Source: Monocercomonoides exilis PA203
Lineage: Eukaryota > Protista > Preaxostyla
Reading direction: 5' to 3'
NCBI GenBank assembly: GCA_001643675.2
Contig: LSRY02000064.1
Coordinates: 355,424-419,423, forward strand
DNA length: 64,000 nt
Below are positions 36,516 through 48,200 of this stretch, piece by piece (position 1 is the first letter of the stretch; every line of letters starts with the position of its first letter). The notes beneath the pieces are model-generated. The model ran no database searches. It was not told the origin of the DNA and saw nothing but the letters and a program-made list of their open reading frames with translations. Position numbers and translations under genes: made by a program.

Positions 36516-37499
36516 TCAAAAATTCATGAAATGAATTACTATTTCATTCGTTGTGCTTTTATTATTTCTTCTTCTATTTTTATATAATCTTTGTATGAAG
36601 CTTTTATATTGAAAGAAGGCATCTTTAAAAACGGGGGAAGAGAAGAAGCAATTTCCGTAAGCTTCAAAAATCAATAAAAATAATTCACATATAATTGAAT
36701 ACAATTGAAAAACAATGACATAAACAATAAAAATTCAAACATGTTGCTGTATATCCCCAATTTGAATCTGTAATTCAAAAAGATCAGATTTTATTGAAAC
36801 GCTTGCCTGTAGAAATTGACGTAAAGCTGTTCCATATTCAACAAATGCATCTTTCATATTATCCCCTAACTGCGAACCTAATTTATACACTCCTTTGACA
36901 TAATTAACTATCGCAGCCTTTTTATTGAATAAGATTGTATTAACTTCCTCAAAAAACAAAATTCACAAACTTGATTTCTTTCCATTTTTGATATATCAAT
37001 TTTCCTTCTTTCTTCAAGTTGATAAAAATATTGAATAATTATCGAAGGATCAATACTCCCTAAAAAGACGTGCAATTAAAAAAAAACATTTGCAACATTC
37101 ATACTTGCCCCGTGAATCTGATATTGCCAAAATTGCTTTAGCTCATCAGTGGGCGCTTGAACTTTATCAAACACAACAATCTAAAAGCAAAAACCATTTG
37201 ACAAAATTAGAAAATCTTAATTACACACAGGCTGATTTAAATAACGAGCATTTTGACGTCGCTTCTCAATCTCTTCTGGAGAAAGCTAAAATTTTGTTAT
37301 TAAGAGATGACAGTTGAAATGTTTCAAATTATTACCGTTATGAGCGAAACAAATTTTCAATTTTTATAAAAAGGCAACAAAAATTAGAATGATAATCAAA
37401 TTAACCACGAGGAACCTCCACAGGTTTTTTAATAGGTTGCCCAACGAATCCCCCTCCTGGCAAAGGCGATCCTGCTTCGCCTTCAGGTATATTTCCCAT
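36516..37499 (-). CDS. Small multi-exon hypothetical protein (MGNIPEGEAGSPLPGGGFVG...)
   Basis: ATG 37499 followed by several short coding-like blocks bounded by GTTT/GTAT donors and AT-rich acceptors, ending in ORFs 36735-36959 and 36516-36704. Exact exon chain not resolved. Confidence 0.45.
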
Positions 37500-37603
37500 T
37501 TATGTATTTTTCGATGGGTTAGATCAAAAAATATTTTTATTAATTTTTTTCAAAAAAAATTTTCTCTTCTTATAAAACACATAAACAAAAAATAAAAAAA
37601 CTT

Positions 37604-40600
37604 TTATAAAAAATATGAAAGAATTGCGTCTCCATCCAAATGATTGCGTGAGAAAAGAAGATTTAGCCTTTGCATCAATGCTTCACAACACTTTTTCCAT
37701 TCATTTGACTCTTCCATTTCTGCCGTAATCCGATGTATCATTCGAATAGAAACTCCAAACTGTCCTATTTTCTGTTGCTGCAATTGTGCGACTAAAAGAA
37801 GCCAAAGAAGTTGAACATCTAATGTTGTTGGATTTGATGTTGATCTTTTTCAACAAAAATTTATTCATGTAAGAAATATGCATAATATGAGTAATAATCA
37901 AATAAAATCATAAATTCATAAAAAATAAAAAGGAAACACTCATACTTCAAAAGACTAACAATCCCATTTTCCACGTCTAATAAAGATTCGTCTTCAAAAA
38001 CAACCAATTTTTCTGTTTTTGTACTGACGTTTTCTTCTTGTTGCTTTGGAAGCTCAGAATTATCGGTTTTTTGCGGAATTTTGAGTGAAAACTTCTTCTT
38101 TTTCTTCTTTCTCTTTCTTTTCCCAAGCAAAGATAAAGCAGTTCCGATTTTTTTAACTGAAAATTGCTTTCGTTCAGGTCTGGCTGAAGATTGAATAATG
38201 TTTGTTGACGTTGATGTCGATGATGCTGAAGAAGAAAAAGAAGAGGAAGAGGAAGAAGAAGAAGAAGAAATTGAAGAAGGTAACGATGAACCCAGAGTCA
38301 TGGACAACTGACGAGGAGGCTGTAAAAACAAAAGATAAAAACAAAATATTTATTTGAATATTTAATCAAAAATAAAACACAGTGAAACAAATACATTCAT
38401 AAAATACATTAAAAAAGTTTTAACCATTCAAATAGAAAGAAAAATTAATGTTAAAAAAAAAAATGCCTTATTTAAGAGAAAATCTGATATATTCACTACA
38501 TCTTCCAATCAACACATACCAAAGCCACTTTCAGCTTTCCGAACTGTACAGATGCGCCTCTGAGGTGCAGTGGCTGGATGTTCATTGTTTTGAACAAAGA
38601 GACAGCAGCAGCAGAAAGTGTGGCAATGTCTGCACAGCTCACTTCGTTCAGTTTCATTTGCTTTGTCTGTGAGGTCACTGCACCGTGGCCGAGGTACTTG
38701 CTCGTGGGGGCAAAGAGGGAGTAGCGGGATGAAGTGGAGAGAGAGGAGAAAGAAGAAGAAGAAGAAGAGGAGGAGGAGGAGGAGGAAGAAGCAGAAGCAG
38801 AAGCAGGAGGGACGTAAGAGGTATCAACAGTCTTCATTGCGTGGAGGGTGATGACACCAACACACGGATGGGGTATTTTGTAGCTGAGGAAAAGAGAAAG
38901 AGATTGGCGGAAGTCGTTTGTTTTGCTATCGATCTCAAGCACTTCATCTGCAGCTGACAGAATACGACGAGATGTTTCCTGAGGAATGAAAGCGCAAAAT
39001 AAAAAATTTATTTTGAAAGCATAACAATGAAAATGATGTTAAATCACAAGAAATAATATTATTTGTTTTATTTACAATAGAAAAAAGAATGAAAAATAAA
39101 GATAATAAAAAGAAAAAGAAAGAAAGAAAGATCGAAAAACAAACCTCCACCAAGTTTGTGATAAACTGCACCGTTTCCTCTTCAGATGTCAATCTTACTC
39201 CCCAGCTGATCCCTGCAGACACCGTCTTTGGCAGCCTCTGCCATTTGCTTTTTAACTCCTTCAACAAAACATTGCTATCTCCCTCTTTCATTCCAGCACT
39301 TGAAAGCTTCGCGCCTTCTTCTTCTCCTTCTTCTATTCCATCCATCTCCTCTTCAATTTCTCCTTCCACATACATGTTGTCTTCTGCTGTGGCTTCATTG
39401 ACAGATCTATCTTTCTCATTTTCTTGTTTATTGCCAATTTCTTTTCTTTGACTTGGCGATTTTGGAGTGTCTTTAGACTTTCCAGTGAAATTCAATGATG
39501 TCTGTGGTGAATGTGAGAAAAGATCTCTTCTGTCGATTCCTCTGCTTCTCTCAGAAAGCGTCCTTCCTGTTGGAATTGAGAGATATTTTATGAAATATGT
39601 TATAAATACGAATAATATCAAAAAAGAATTGCAAACATGAAATGATTGTGATTAAAAAAGAAAAAATTATAATTTTTTGAATGAAAACAGCAACATAAAT
39701 ACATCCAACAAATAACACACACCAATCTTTGCTCCAAAAAGTTTCACTAATGTTGCTTCTTGAATGCTGCTAAGTTCGCCAATTGTGTGAACATCCAGTT
39801 CTTTGTGCAGTCTGCGTTTGGTGCGATATCCAACTCCAGGCAGTTTCTAAATAAAACAATATAAAATTTATTTATTATTAATTATTAAAATGAGAAATAA
39901 AATTTTGTATAAAAAAAAGATATATTTTAACATTTGTGATAAAAAATTGACAAAAGAATCAGTAAAAAATACCTCCACAGGCATCGGTCCAATGACCTCC
40001 CTCATGTTCGTCTCTGTGATGAAGAACTGTCCATTGGGCTTCGCTTTGAACGTCGCCAGACGAGCGAGAAGGGGATTATTTCCCATTCCGGCACTGGCAG
40101 CACACTTCGTCCTCTCAAAAATAGCATCACGCATCTCCCTCACAACACGTCCGAACTGATTGTATGCCAAGGAAATATATTCTTCATACTCTGAGGTTGA
40201 ATGGACTTTTGATGGAAATAATTCTGGCTGCATTTGTTCTTTATCCTTTCTAACAGCTTGTTCAGTTGTGCTGCTTCTATTATCTGCTCCTCCTAAGCAG
40301 TCATTTATTGACGAAACAGCTTCGATTCTTTTAGCATAGCGATCTTCATCGCTTTCGTTTGCTTCAATAACACATTTTAGATCGATTTCATTCGTCTTCT
40401 GTTGAAGTTCATCATTCCTTTGTTCTGGGTTCTCTTCACTTGCATCACTCACCCCCTTCATTTGTTCCTTATCAACCTTTCCATCCTTTTCCTCATCATC
40501 CCTTTTCTTCATTTCCCTCGTTGCAATCTGCCTAGCCGTTCTCATCAGCACCATCTCCGTCAGCTCCACCGCCGACTCGTCGCAGCTGAGCACGCATATT

Positions 40601-43600
40601 CTGTCAGAATATTCTGCAAGTGTCTCACATATCTCCTCTGCTGCCTGCTGGTATTCGTTGAACTTGTACGGAACAACAATCAAGGACGGGCACAGCTCTT
40701 TCGCACTCTGAAGCCACATCCCGTTGTAAATGCCGTATGCTCGAGCGGCGTAGTTGGAGGAGGAGACGTCAGCTGTTGAGGACTTGATTCATTTGAAAAT
40801 CGAATTATTTAATTAGAACAATATTTTTCATTTGTTTGAAGAAGAAAGAAAGAAAGAAAGAAAGAAAGATTATTTTGAATTTTTTTTTAAAAAAAAGAAA
40901 GAAATATAAACAAACAGAATTATCTCCTTTTGAGTGGCACACAACAACAGGCTTGGACGAAAGGGATGGATCGGATCGACAAGAAACAGAAGCAAAAAAG
41001 CAATCCTAAGTTCGAAAAGAAACATTTTATATGTTATTTTCTGTAAAAAAGTTTTTTAAATGAACAGAACAAACCTGAAATAAAAATTGTAGTTAATTAT
41101 TGGTTTCAATAAATGAATAACAGGAATGTTAAATGATGATGTTAACTGTTTTATAAATCATACCATATCAATATGTGCAATAAAATGAAGCTTTATTTCT
41201 TTCAAAAGCATTTCATACGCAGCCTTTGTGCCTTCTATTAACCTTTCTTCTTTCTCACATTTTCCTTCTTCTGCTCCTTCCACACGATCTTTGTCATCCA
41301 CCTTTTTCGAATTCAGCATTAATTCTCTTCTCTTCATTCGCTTTTCAACAATCTGTCTTTCTGTGAAACTTGTCAGCTGTATCTTCCACTGCGACATGTG
41401 GCTCAGCCGCGAATTCAGAAAGTATTGCTGAACGAATGATTTTTCAGCTGCCACTGGCAATTCGCGACTGACAGCAATTTTTGGTTGTTCAAACGGAATC
41501 TGTGCTTGATTCAACGTGTCTGCTTGACCATCCTTTTTTTCCTGAAGCTGCTCTTGTCGCTGCATAGAATTGTACTTTTTCCTGATAGAAATCAATTTCT
41601 TTTTCAATCCTTGCCATCTTGCAGTAAAATGCGCCTTTCCCACAGATGTTGTTTTTTCTTCTTTTTCTTCATTGTCTTCTTTTTTGAATAGCTCATGTTG
41701 CTTTTCACATTCATCTGCTCCTTTTTTTTCATTTTCAAAGCTGACTTGTTTATCTTCTGCGTTTTCAGTAATCATCTGAATCGAAGAAATGTCATTTTTT
41801 TTTCTATTTTCACTTTCAGCTTCTTTCTTCCAGCGCTCTATCAGCAAAACTTGATCCTCTTCTCTTCTTTTTGCCTCTAACTCTTCCTTTTTAATCTCGT
41901 TTACATCTTCAATTGTCAATAAAGGCCCAAATGCTCTGATTAACTGAAACGGAATGTTGCCTAATGAATTTACTGATCGCTGTTCATCAAATAACCGTTC
42001 TGATTGCTGCTTCTCTTTCTTTTTTTCCTCTTCTTTCTCAATAGCAACGTTTGATTGAGAACGATCAGAATTTACAAAAATCCTTTCTTGTCTCTTCTTC
42101 TTTTTCTTTGATCTTAAGGCAGAAAAGTCTATTGAACGATAGCTTTCTGTATCTTTGATGTCAATGACTTTGGCAGGTCTCATTTTGAATAAGGCAGGAT
42201 GCTTCAAGTATTCCACATACACGAACTGTGATTCTTTGATAAAATTAAAATATTTAGCAGGTTGCATAAGGTCATCTGCATCATATGGAGAAGCTTTCAA
42301 ATATGTGAAATTACACTGATTTTTAAGAGTCTCGTGCGATGTTGATTTACAAATAAGAGAAGACAAGCTTTTTGAATTTGAAGAATTTTCAGCTTCAAAT
42401 GGTTGCTTTTGTTTATGATAAATAGAATCTAATATCCAACTTGAATAGATCACAGGAAGAGAGGCATTCTAAAAAATATTATTTATCACTTAAAAAAGAG
42501 TCTATACTTCAGGATGGTTGCAATTATCCAAATCACAAACAATTGCCGTAATGGCTTTGTTGAAGGTATCATAAATTCCACCGCCAAAACTTTCTATAAG
42601 CCTTTTTTAAATAATAAAACAAAAGCAAACAATATAAAAATAATATTCAAAAATGCAAACTTAGAAAATTTATTTCTATCTGCCACTTTTAGATAATGAA
42701 GATAAAAACATTCTCCTGAAAAAAGCACTTGATCCTTCCAACTATTTGGATGAATATTGGAAACATTTATCATAAAATAAAAATATGGGCTGAATGAAGA
42801 ATAATTTTCATCTTGCAATTCATTGTTTTGCTATTTTTATAATTAGCTATTAGGCAGAAGGTAACAATACACCACAACCCAAATTCATTTTAATTGTGTT
42901 CCACATGTTGATATTCGTTGTTTTATAACATTTTCGGTAACTTCCAACTCCGGGTTTTGAAGAAAAACAAAAATGAATTTTCATAGAAAATATATTATTT
43001 TGGGTCAAAATGTGAATGAAAAAAATAAATTTATCGCAATTCAAACTCGGATGCATCTGCTCCATCGCCCGCTCCTAAAGAATCAGATTCATCTTCAGTT
43101 TCTTCATCATTTTCATTTAAAACTGGTACATCACTTTCATCAGATTCTTCGGTTTCATCTTTTTCGGATTCATCAATTTCTTTTTCAACATTTAAGGGCT
43201 TATAAACGAGTAATTTTTGAATGAAATCTTCAAATTCAAGTGTTTCTGATCTTTTTCCAACAAAGCTAGTCACAAAGTCATCAATGTATTTTTCTTTAAT
43301 TCCATTTCTAGGAAGAGATTTTCGAAAGCTTGACCAAGTGCTTTCAATCAAATTTGTGCAAATGCCACTTTCTGGATCCACGAAATTGTATTTGTGACAA
43401 ACAGTGTGATGATCATAACCTAAAGATGACAATGAGCTGTAGGCTTTCCACTCGTCTGAGTAAATAGTTGATCCTGGAATCGTGTTATTTTCGATAATCG
43501 GTATTAATGTCTCTTTTTTTCTGTTTTTCACTCTCACAATCAAACATTTCCCTTTCTTTCCATCATGTTTTCTTTCTATCATTCCAAATAACCATATCTG

Positions 43601-44303
43601 TTTCTTTCTCCTTCCTTTTCGAAATTTTCTTTTTCGAAGAATTGCTTCATCTATTTCAATAATTATTCCCGGGCCACCAAGCTTTTCGAAAGATGTTGAA
43701 CCGTAATCAGCCATGCATGCTCTTCCAATTGAATAAAAGCCGCCAACAGTTTGTCTTGAAACATCAGTCAATAAGCTGCACTGATATATTTCTATGTTGA
43801 TCCAGAAACATAAAAATATCATCATAATTTTCTCTATTGGTATTTTTGAATTTTTCAAAGGAGTCAATCCTAACAGTGAGCAGTATTTTCCGCATCTGTA
43901 GCACCTGTAATTTCTGCAATTATCTCGAGATTCTATGGAGAAATTTTTCCTGCACTTAGGGCATCTTCTGTTCACTGCAAATGGCATAAATCTCATTAAC
44001 CAATTCCACGTTGCTTCATTATCTTGGAACAGTTTTGTTTTTTGAAAAATATTTGATTTGCAATCCGGAATGTGAGACATCAATGCGATCAAATATGATC
44101 CATCCCATATAAAGTGGATATTTTCCCAAAATTTAAAAATTTTATTTCTCACAAACCCGGAGGTTACATATTATAATTCTTTTTTGTAAATGAATAACAA
44201 GTAATTATCTGCTATAATAAATAGGTTTTTGATTGTGGTGTATTGTTACCCTCTACCAGCTATTATTTAATGCTCCAATTATAACATCTTTTGCAGAATT
44301 CAT
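37604..44303 (-). CDS. REV1: Y-family translesion polymerase REV1, multi-exon
   Basis: BRCT (LFSGECFY..KLIESFGG..VIYSSWILDSI), N-digit YFLNSRLSHMSQWK, HIDM|DCFFASV, SSNYAARAYGI, LSCDES, ARLATFKAKPNGQ, LPGVG, KYLGHG..LRGASVQ. C-terminal domain (STSNPTTLDVQLL..EWKKCCEAL) ends at TAA 37604-37606. The first micro-exon 44303-44286 is inferred; the alternative start is ATG 42773. Confidence 0.9.
42853..44257 (-). mobile_element. Merlin / IS1595(IS1016)-type DNA transposon, 1405 bp
   Basis: 25-bp TIRs GG(C/T)AGA(A/G)GGTAACAATACACCACAA at 42853-42877 and 44233-44257. 8-bp TSD AGCTATTA at 42845-42852 and 44258-44265. Internal transposase ORF. Confidence 0.95.
43031..44080 (-). CDS. DDE transposase, ISXO2/IS1595/Merlin type
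   Basis: CPKC..CYRC zinc ribbon, HTH-like segment, IEIDEA, RKGR, TIYSDEWKAY, HHTVCH..FVDP, TNLIESTWS, acidic tail. First ATG 44080, no stops. Confidence 0.93.
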   Translation of the reverse strand: MSHIPDCKSNIFQKTKLFQDNEATWNWLMRFMPFAVNRRCPKCRKNFSIESRDNCRNYRCYRCGKYCSLLGLTPLKNSKIPIEKIMMIFLCFWINIEIYQCSLLTDVSRQTVGGFYSIGRACMADYGSTSFEKLGGPGIIIEIDEAILRKRKFRKGRRKKQIWLFGMIERKHDGKKGKCLIVRVKNRKKETLIPIIENNTIPGSTIYSDEWKAYSSLSSLGYDHHTVCHKYNFVDPESGICTNLIESTWSSFRKSLPRNGIKEKYIDDFVTSFVGKRSETLEFEDFIQKLLVYKPLNVEKEIDESEKDETEESDESDVPVLNENDEETEDESDSLGAGDGADASEFELR

Positions 44304-45269
44304 TTTTCTAATTCATTTTTAAATATTTTAGGTTTTTGCAAAAATAATTTTAACATTATTCAAAATAGAGCAAATATACAATAACAACACAACATTAGGA
44401 AAAAAATTGCAAAAAAATCAAAAACCCTGATAAATGTTCCGCTTGCAGCTTGCGTTCTCTTTTTTAGTCAAAATTCTCCCATAGCAGATATCCAATTATC
44501 ATTTTCCATCCAAGCTCTATTGGTTACTATGCACTTTGCAAATAAAAACTTCATTCAACAGATTTGGTTCTTTGAAGCCTCTGCTCGCGTTCAAAGGCTC
44601 TCCTTTCTGAACATTGCACCAAACATTTCTGCTCCAATGATTTTGTGCAGCATGTCATAAATTTAGCATTCCAAAAAAAAAATAAAGTCACTTGTGCCCT
44701 TTATGCCTAAAAAAATGCTTTGTTCTCAAAAAAAGCATGATTTCCACCTGAATTCTGGTCTGGCTTCGCTTCAGAGCAAAACATAAGATTGAAACATTTT
44801 AAAGAGACAATTGAAGCACATGCCACTTTTGCTTGCAAATGAGCGAGAAATCGCCAGCTCAAATAATCAAGCACAATTGGAAGACGGGCAACATCTAAAA
44901 TCCTTTAACCCTTCTGATTATTAGATTGCCTTCATTTTCTTTCGAGATCATCCACTCCATCATCTTCGTCAAAAGCATTATCCAATCGATAGCAGAATTG
45001 TTATGTTCAAAGCACCTTTCATGCGAATTTGAGAAACTTTTGACTCCAGTGCAAAACAAAGATTCATAGAAATTGAAGAGCGTATTCCCATCAGCCATAA
45101 GTTAACCTCGTTATCCTCGGCATTATCGATTTATCTGCGAATTACGATTTTTGAGAAAAATGTCGCCGAATATTATAATGGTTTGAATGAATGCTATTAT
45201 GGCTGAGCAGATCCTCTATTTTTATTTGATTTTCGTTTTTTCATTGTTTCTTGGTTGTTCTAAGAAATT

Positions 45270-48200
45270 ATGATGCCCAGCAGATATCATTTGTTTTTAT
45301 TTGCTATTGCTGTGCTGTTTGTACGTGAAATTGATGCAGAAATTGTTTCAAAAGAAAATGAGGATTTATTATTAAAAGGCGAGTTGATTACAGATTCATC
45401 AAAAGAAAAAGGCAGATACACTGAAATCAAAAATAATTGCAAGCCTGAATATTCGAATTATCGGAAACAGAGAGGAAAAGATGATGGTGGAAACAAAAAT
45501 CAAGAAATTGGTAAAAAGGCAAACCAGAAGAATGGATTCAACGAAATGATTGACTGTTTTATATGTGAAGGGCTGATTGAATGCAGTACTTTGAATTCGC
45601 ATTTTGTGGTGCTCAACTCGACATTGGAAGCGTGCTGTGTGCTATTTGTGCAGAAAACTTTGAATGGGATGGTTGAGTTGATTGGAAATTCGGTTCTAAA
45701 AATTAAGTCCGTCTTGATCGATTTTAACTCGCAATCAGAAGTGTCAGCGTTTGTGGCCAGAGGAGGAGAAATCTATTTTGAAAGTATAAGTGCTTTACCA
45801 ACTGGCCTGTCTCGACCAATCCAATCATTTGTGGCCAATGAACAAGATGGAGATGAAAGCACTATTAAAGTGTCTTTTGTAAAGAGCACACTGAGGCAGA
45901 TAAGCATTGCTTCTTCTTCATCATGCTTGGTCCAGGGCTTGGCAGGGAATGTCAACATTCATGAATGCTGTTTCATTAATGTGTCTCAATGTATGAAACA
46001 AAAAAGAAAAGTTACGTTGCCCCAAAGCCAGATGAAATGGGTGAAATGCGAAGTTGAGAACAGTGAATTCGTTGGATGCGACAATCCGCAATATGGAGCA
46101 GTGATTGTTCCCACAGAAGAAACATTGAAAATGAAGAATTCATCATTTGAGCGTTGCACGATAACACACACACCGGTGAATGGATCAAGAAACTCTTATT
46201 CGTCTGGAGATGTTGTTGCTTCGTCTATCGTTTTTTCTGATATGACAAGCAAAATCGAACCATGTTTGGCTATATATGCAGAGAAAACAGCAACATTAAT
46301 AATTGACAGCTGTGTATTTAGAAATATCAGTTCGAATATTGATAGAAGTCTGTATGGCGGAGCAGTACACCATGAAGGAAATGGCTATCACAAGTCCAGA
46401 GGATGTAATTACACAAATTGTTCATCAAAATATGCAGGCGGTGCTCTGAATATCGAGACAAAAGGAGATAAATTCGTTCAAAGTTGCATCATTATTGGAA
46501 GCAGTAGCATGCATTACTCTGGCGTCTTTCTGAATTTTGTTTCGAATAATTCGATATTCAATAACAACCTTGTTCGAGAATGCACTGCAAGTAATTATGG
46601 TGCTGATGCTGGAGTATTTGTTGGAAATAACACAGCAATTTTTTCTGAATGCAAATTTTCCTCATGTATTTCCGACAATTATTGTGGAACTTTATCGTTT
46701 GTGTGGCTAGAAGAAGGTTCTTCAGCAGGAATTGTTTACATATATTTCTGTATATTTGATAACAACACAGTTAAAATGAAGGACGGGGGATGTGATATAG
46801 GATCGTGGAATGGCTCTTATTATATCAACAAAGTGGTGAAGGAATCATTTGTGTCCTCATTTTCATTGAGCACACAATCAGTTCGGGTGATGATTGGAGG
46901 AATAAATCACACCGAATGGCTTCCAAATCCACCTATTGAGAATCTTTTTGTGCATGTTTCATCGGTGCTTGGGGATGACAGTCGGAGTGGTTGTGGATGC
47001 GAAGTGATTCCTTGTCAGTCGATCGGAAAAGGAGTGTTTCAGAGAAAGGATGGTCAGTGGCTGATTGTGAGTGAGGGGGCATATTCACATGATTGTCTTC
47101 CTGTGCTTGACATGAATGTTAATTTGAATGGAGGGAATATGGAAACATCAACGCTAACCTCTTGTGGAACAGGCAATGGGAAGGCGCTGTTTGAAGTGAC
47201 AACAGGATCGTTGGCGATTGAACATTTCAAAATTGTCCACTCAAGTTCAGAGTCAGACCCTGGCTCGTCAGTTGCTGCGATGAGTGGAAATGGAAAAATG
47301 GAGCTGAGCGATTGCGAGGTGCGCTCAAAAGAGGAGGATTCGGTCCCATTTACCAAATCGATGATTGTTGTGGAACAGGGTTTGGCGACTTTCCGCTTTG
47401 TCGGATTCATGAATTTCAGGAGCTCAAAGCAATTGATATCATTTTCATCACCAACAGAGATATCTGTTGAAGCAGTTGAGTTTCATTCGATTACTCGGAC
47501 AATTGGGGATGGTGCAGTGCTTGAAGTGAATGTGAAGAGCGGAGAGGAGCTATCGCTGAACAACATATCATTTGACAAATGCAAGAGCTGTGGAGGAAAT
47601 GGGGGAGGAGTGTGGGTGGAATTGGAGAGAGGAGGCACATTTGAGATGGGGAATACGAGTGATGTGAGCAAGGGGGTGAGGATGAGGGAGTGTGAGGCAA
47701 TGGTGAATGAGAATACAGGGAAAGGTGGGTGTGGAGGAGGGGTTTATATTAATGTTGGGGATGGGGTAGATTCGTTTGTGCTGAAGAGGGTCCAGTTCGT
47801 TGGATGCATAGCAGTAAAAGGGAAAAGCTTGTTTGTGAATGCAGAGCAGTTGAGTGGGCTGATCAACAGAAATTCGATTGGGTTTGATCTTGTGCAATCT
47901 GATTTGGAAGAACTGAGAGGGAGAGAGAGCTCGATAATGGATGAGGGAGCGAGTGTACCGCTTGTGGTATTTCTGTGGACAAATACAACGAGTTTTGGGC
48001 ATGTCGGGGGAAAAGATGGAGTGGATTTCAGCAGGTGTGGATTTGAAGAGGCACCATGCTCATCGATAAAACAGGCGATAAACGTGTGGTTTTCTGAGAA
48101 GAATAGATTCATCAAGATCCAGTCACCGTTTGTTTTGAGTGAGGAGCTGAGTGTGAACAGTTACGAATGGAATATCACAGGAAGCGAACCAGAAACACAA

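Noticed and set aside
44400-45130. Possible gene fragment on the minus strand between REV1 and paralogue C
   Set aside because: Only short ORFs, no recognisable motif or consistent exon chain.
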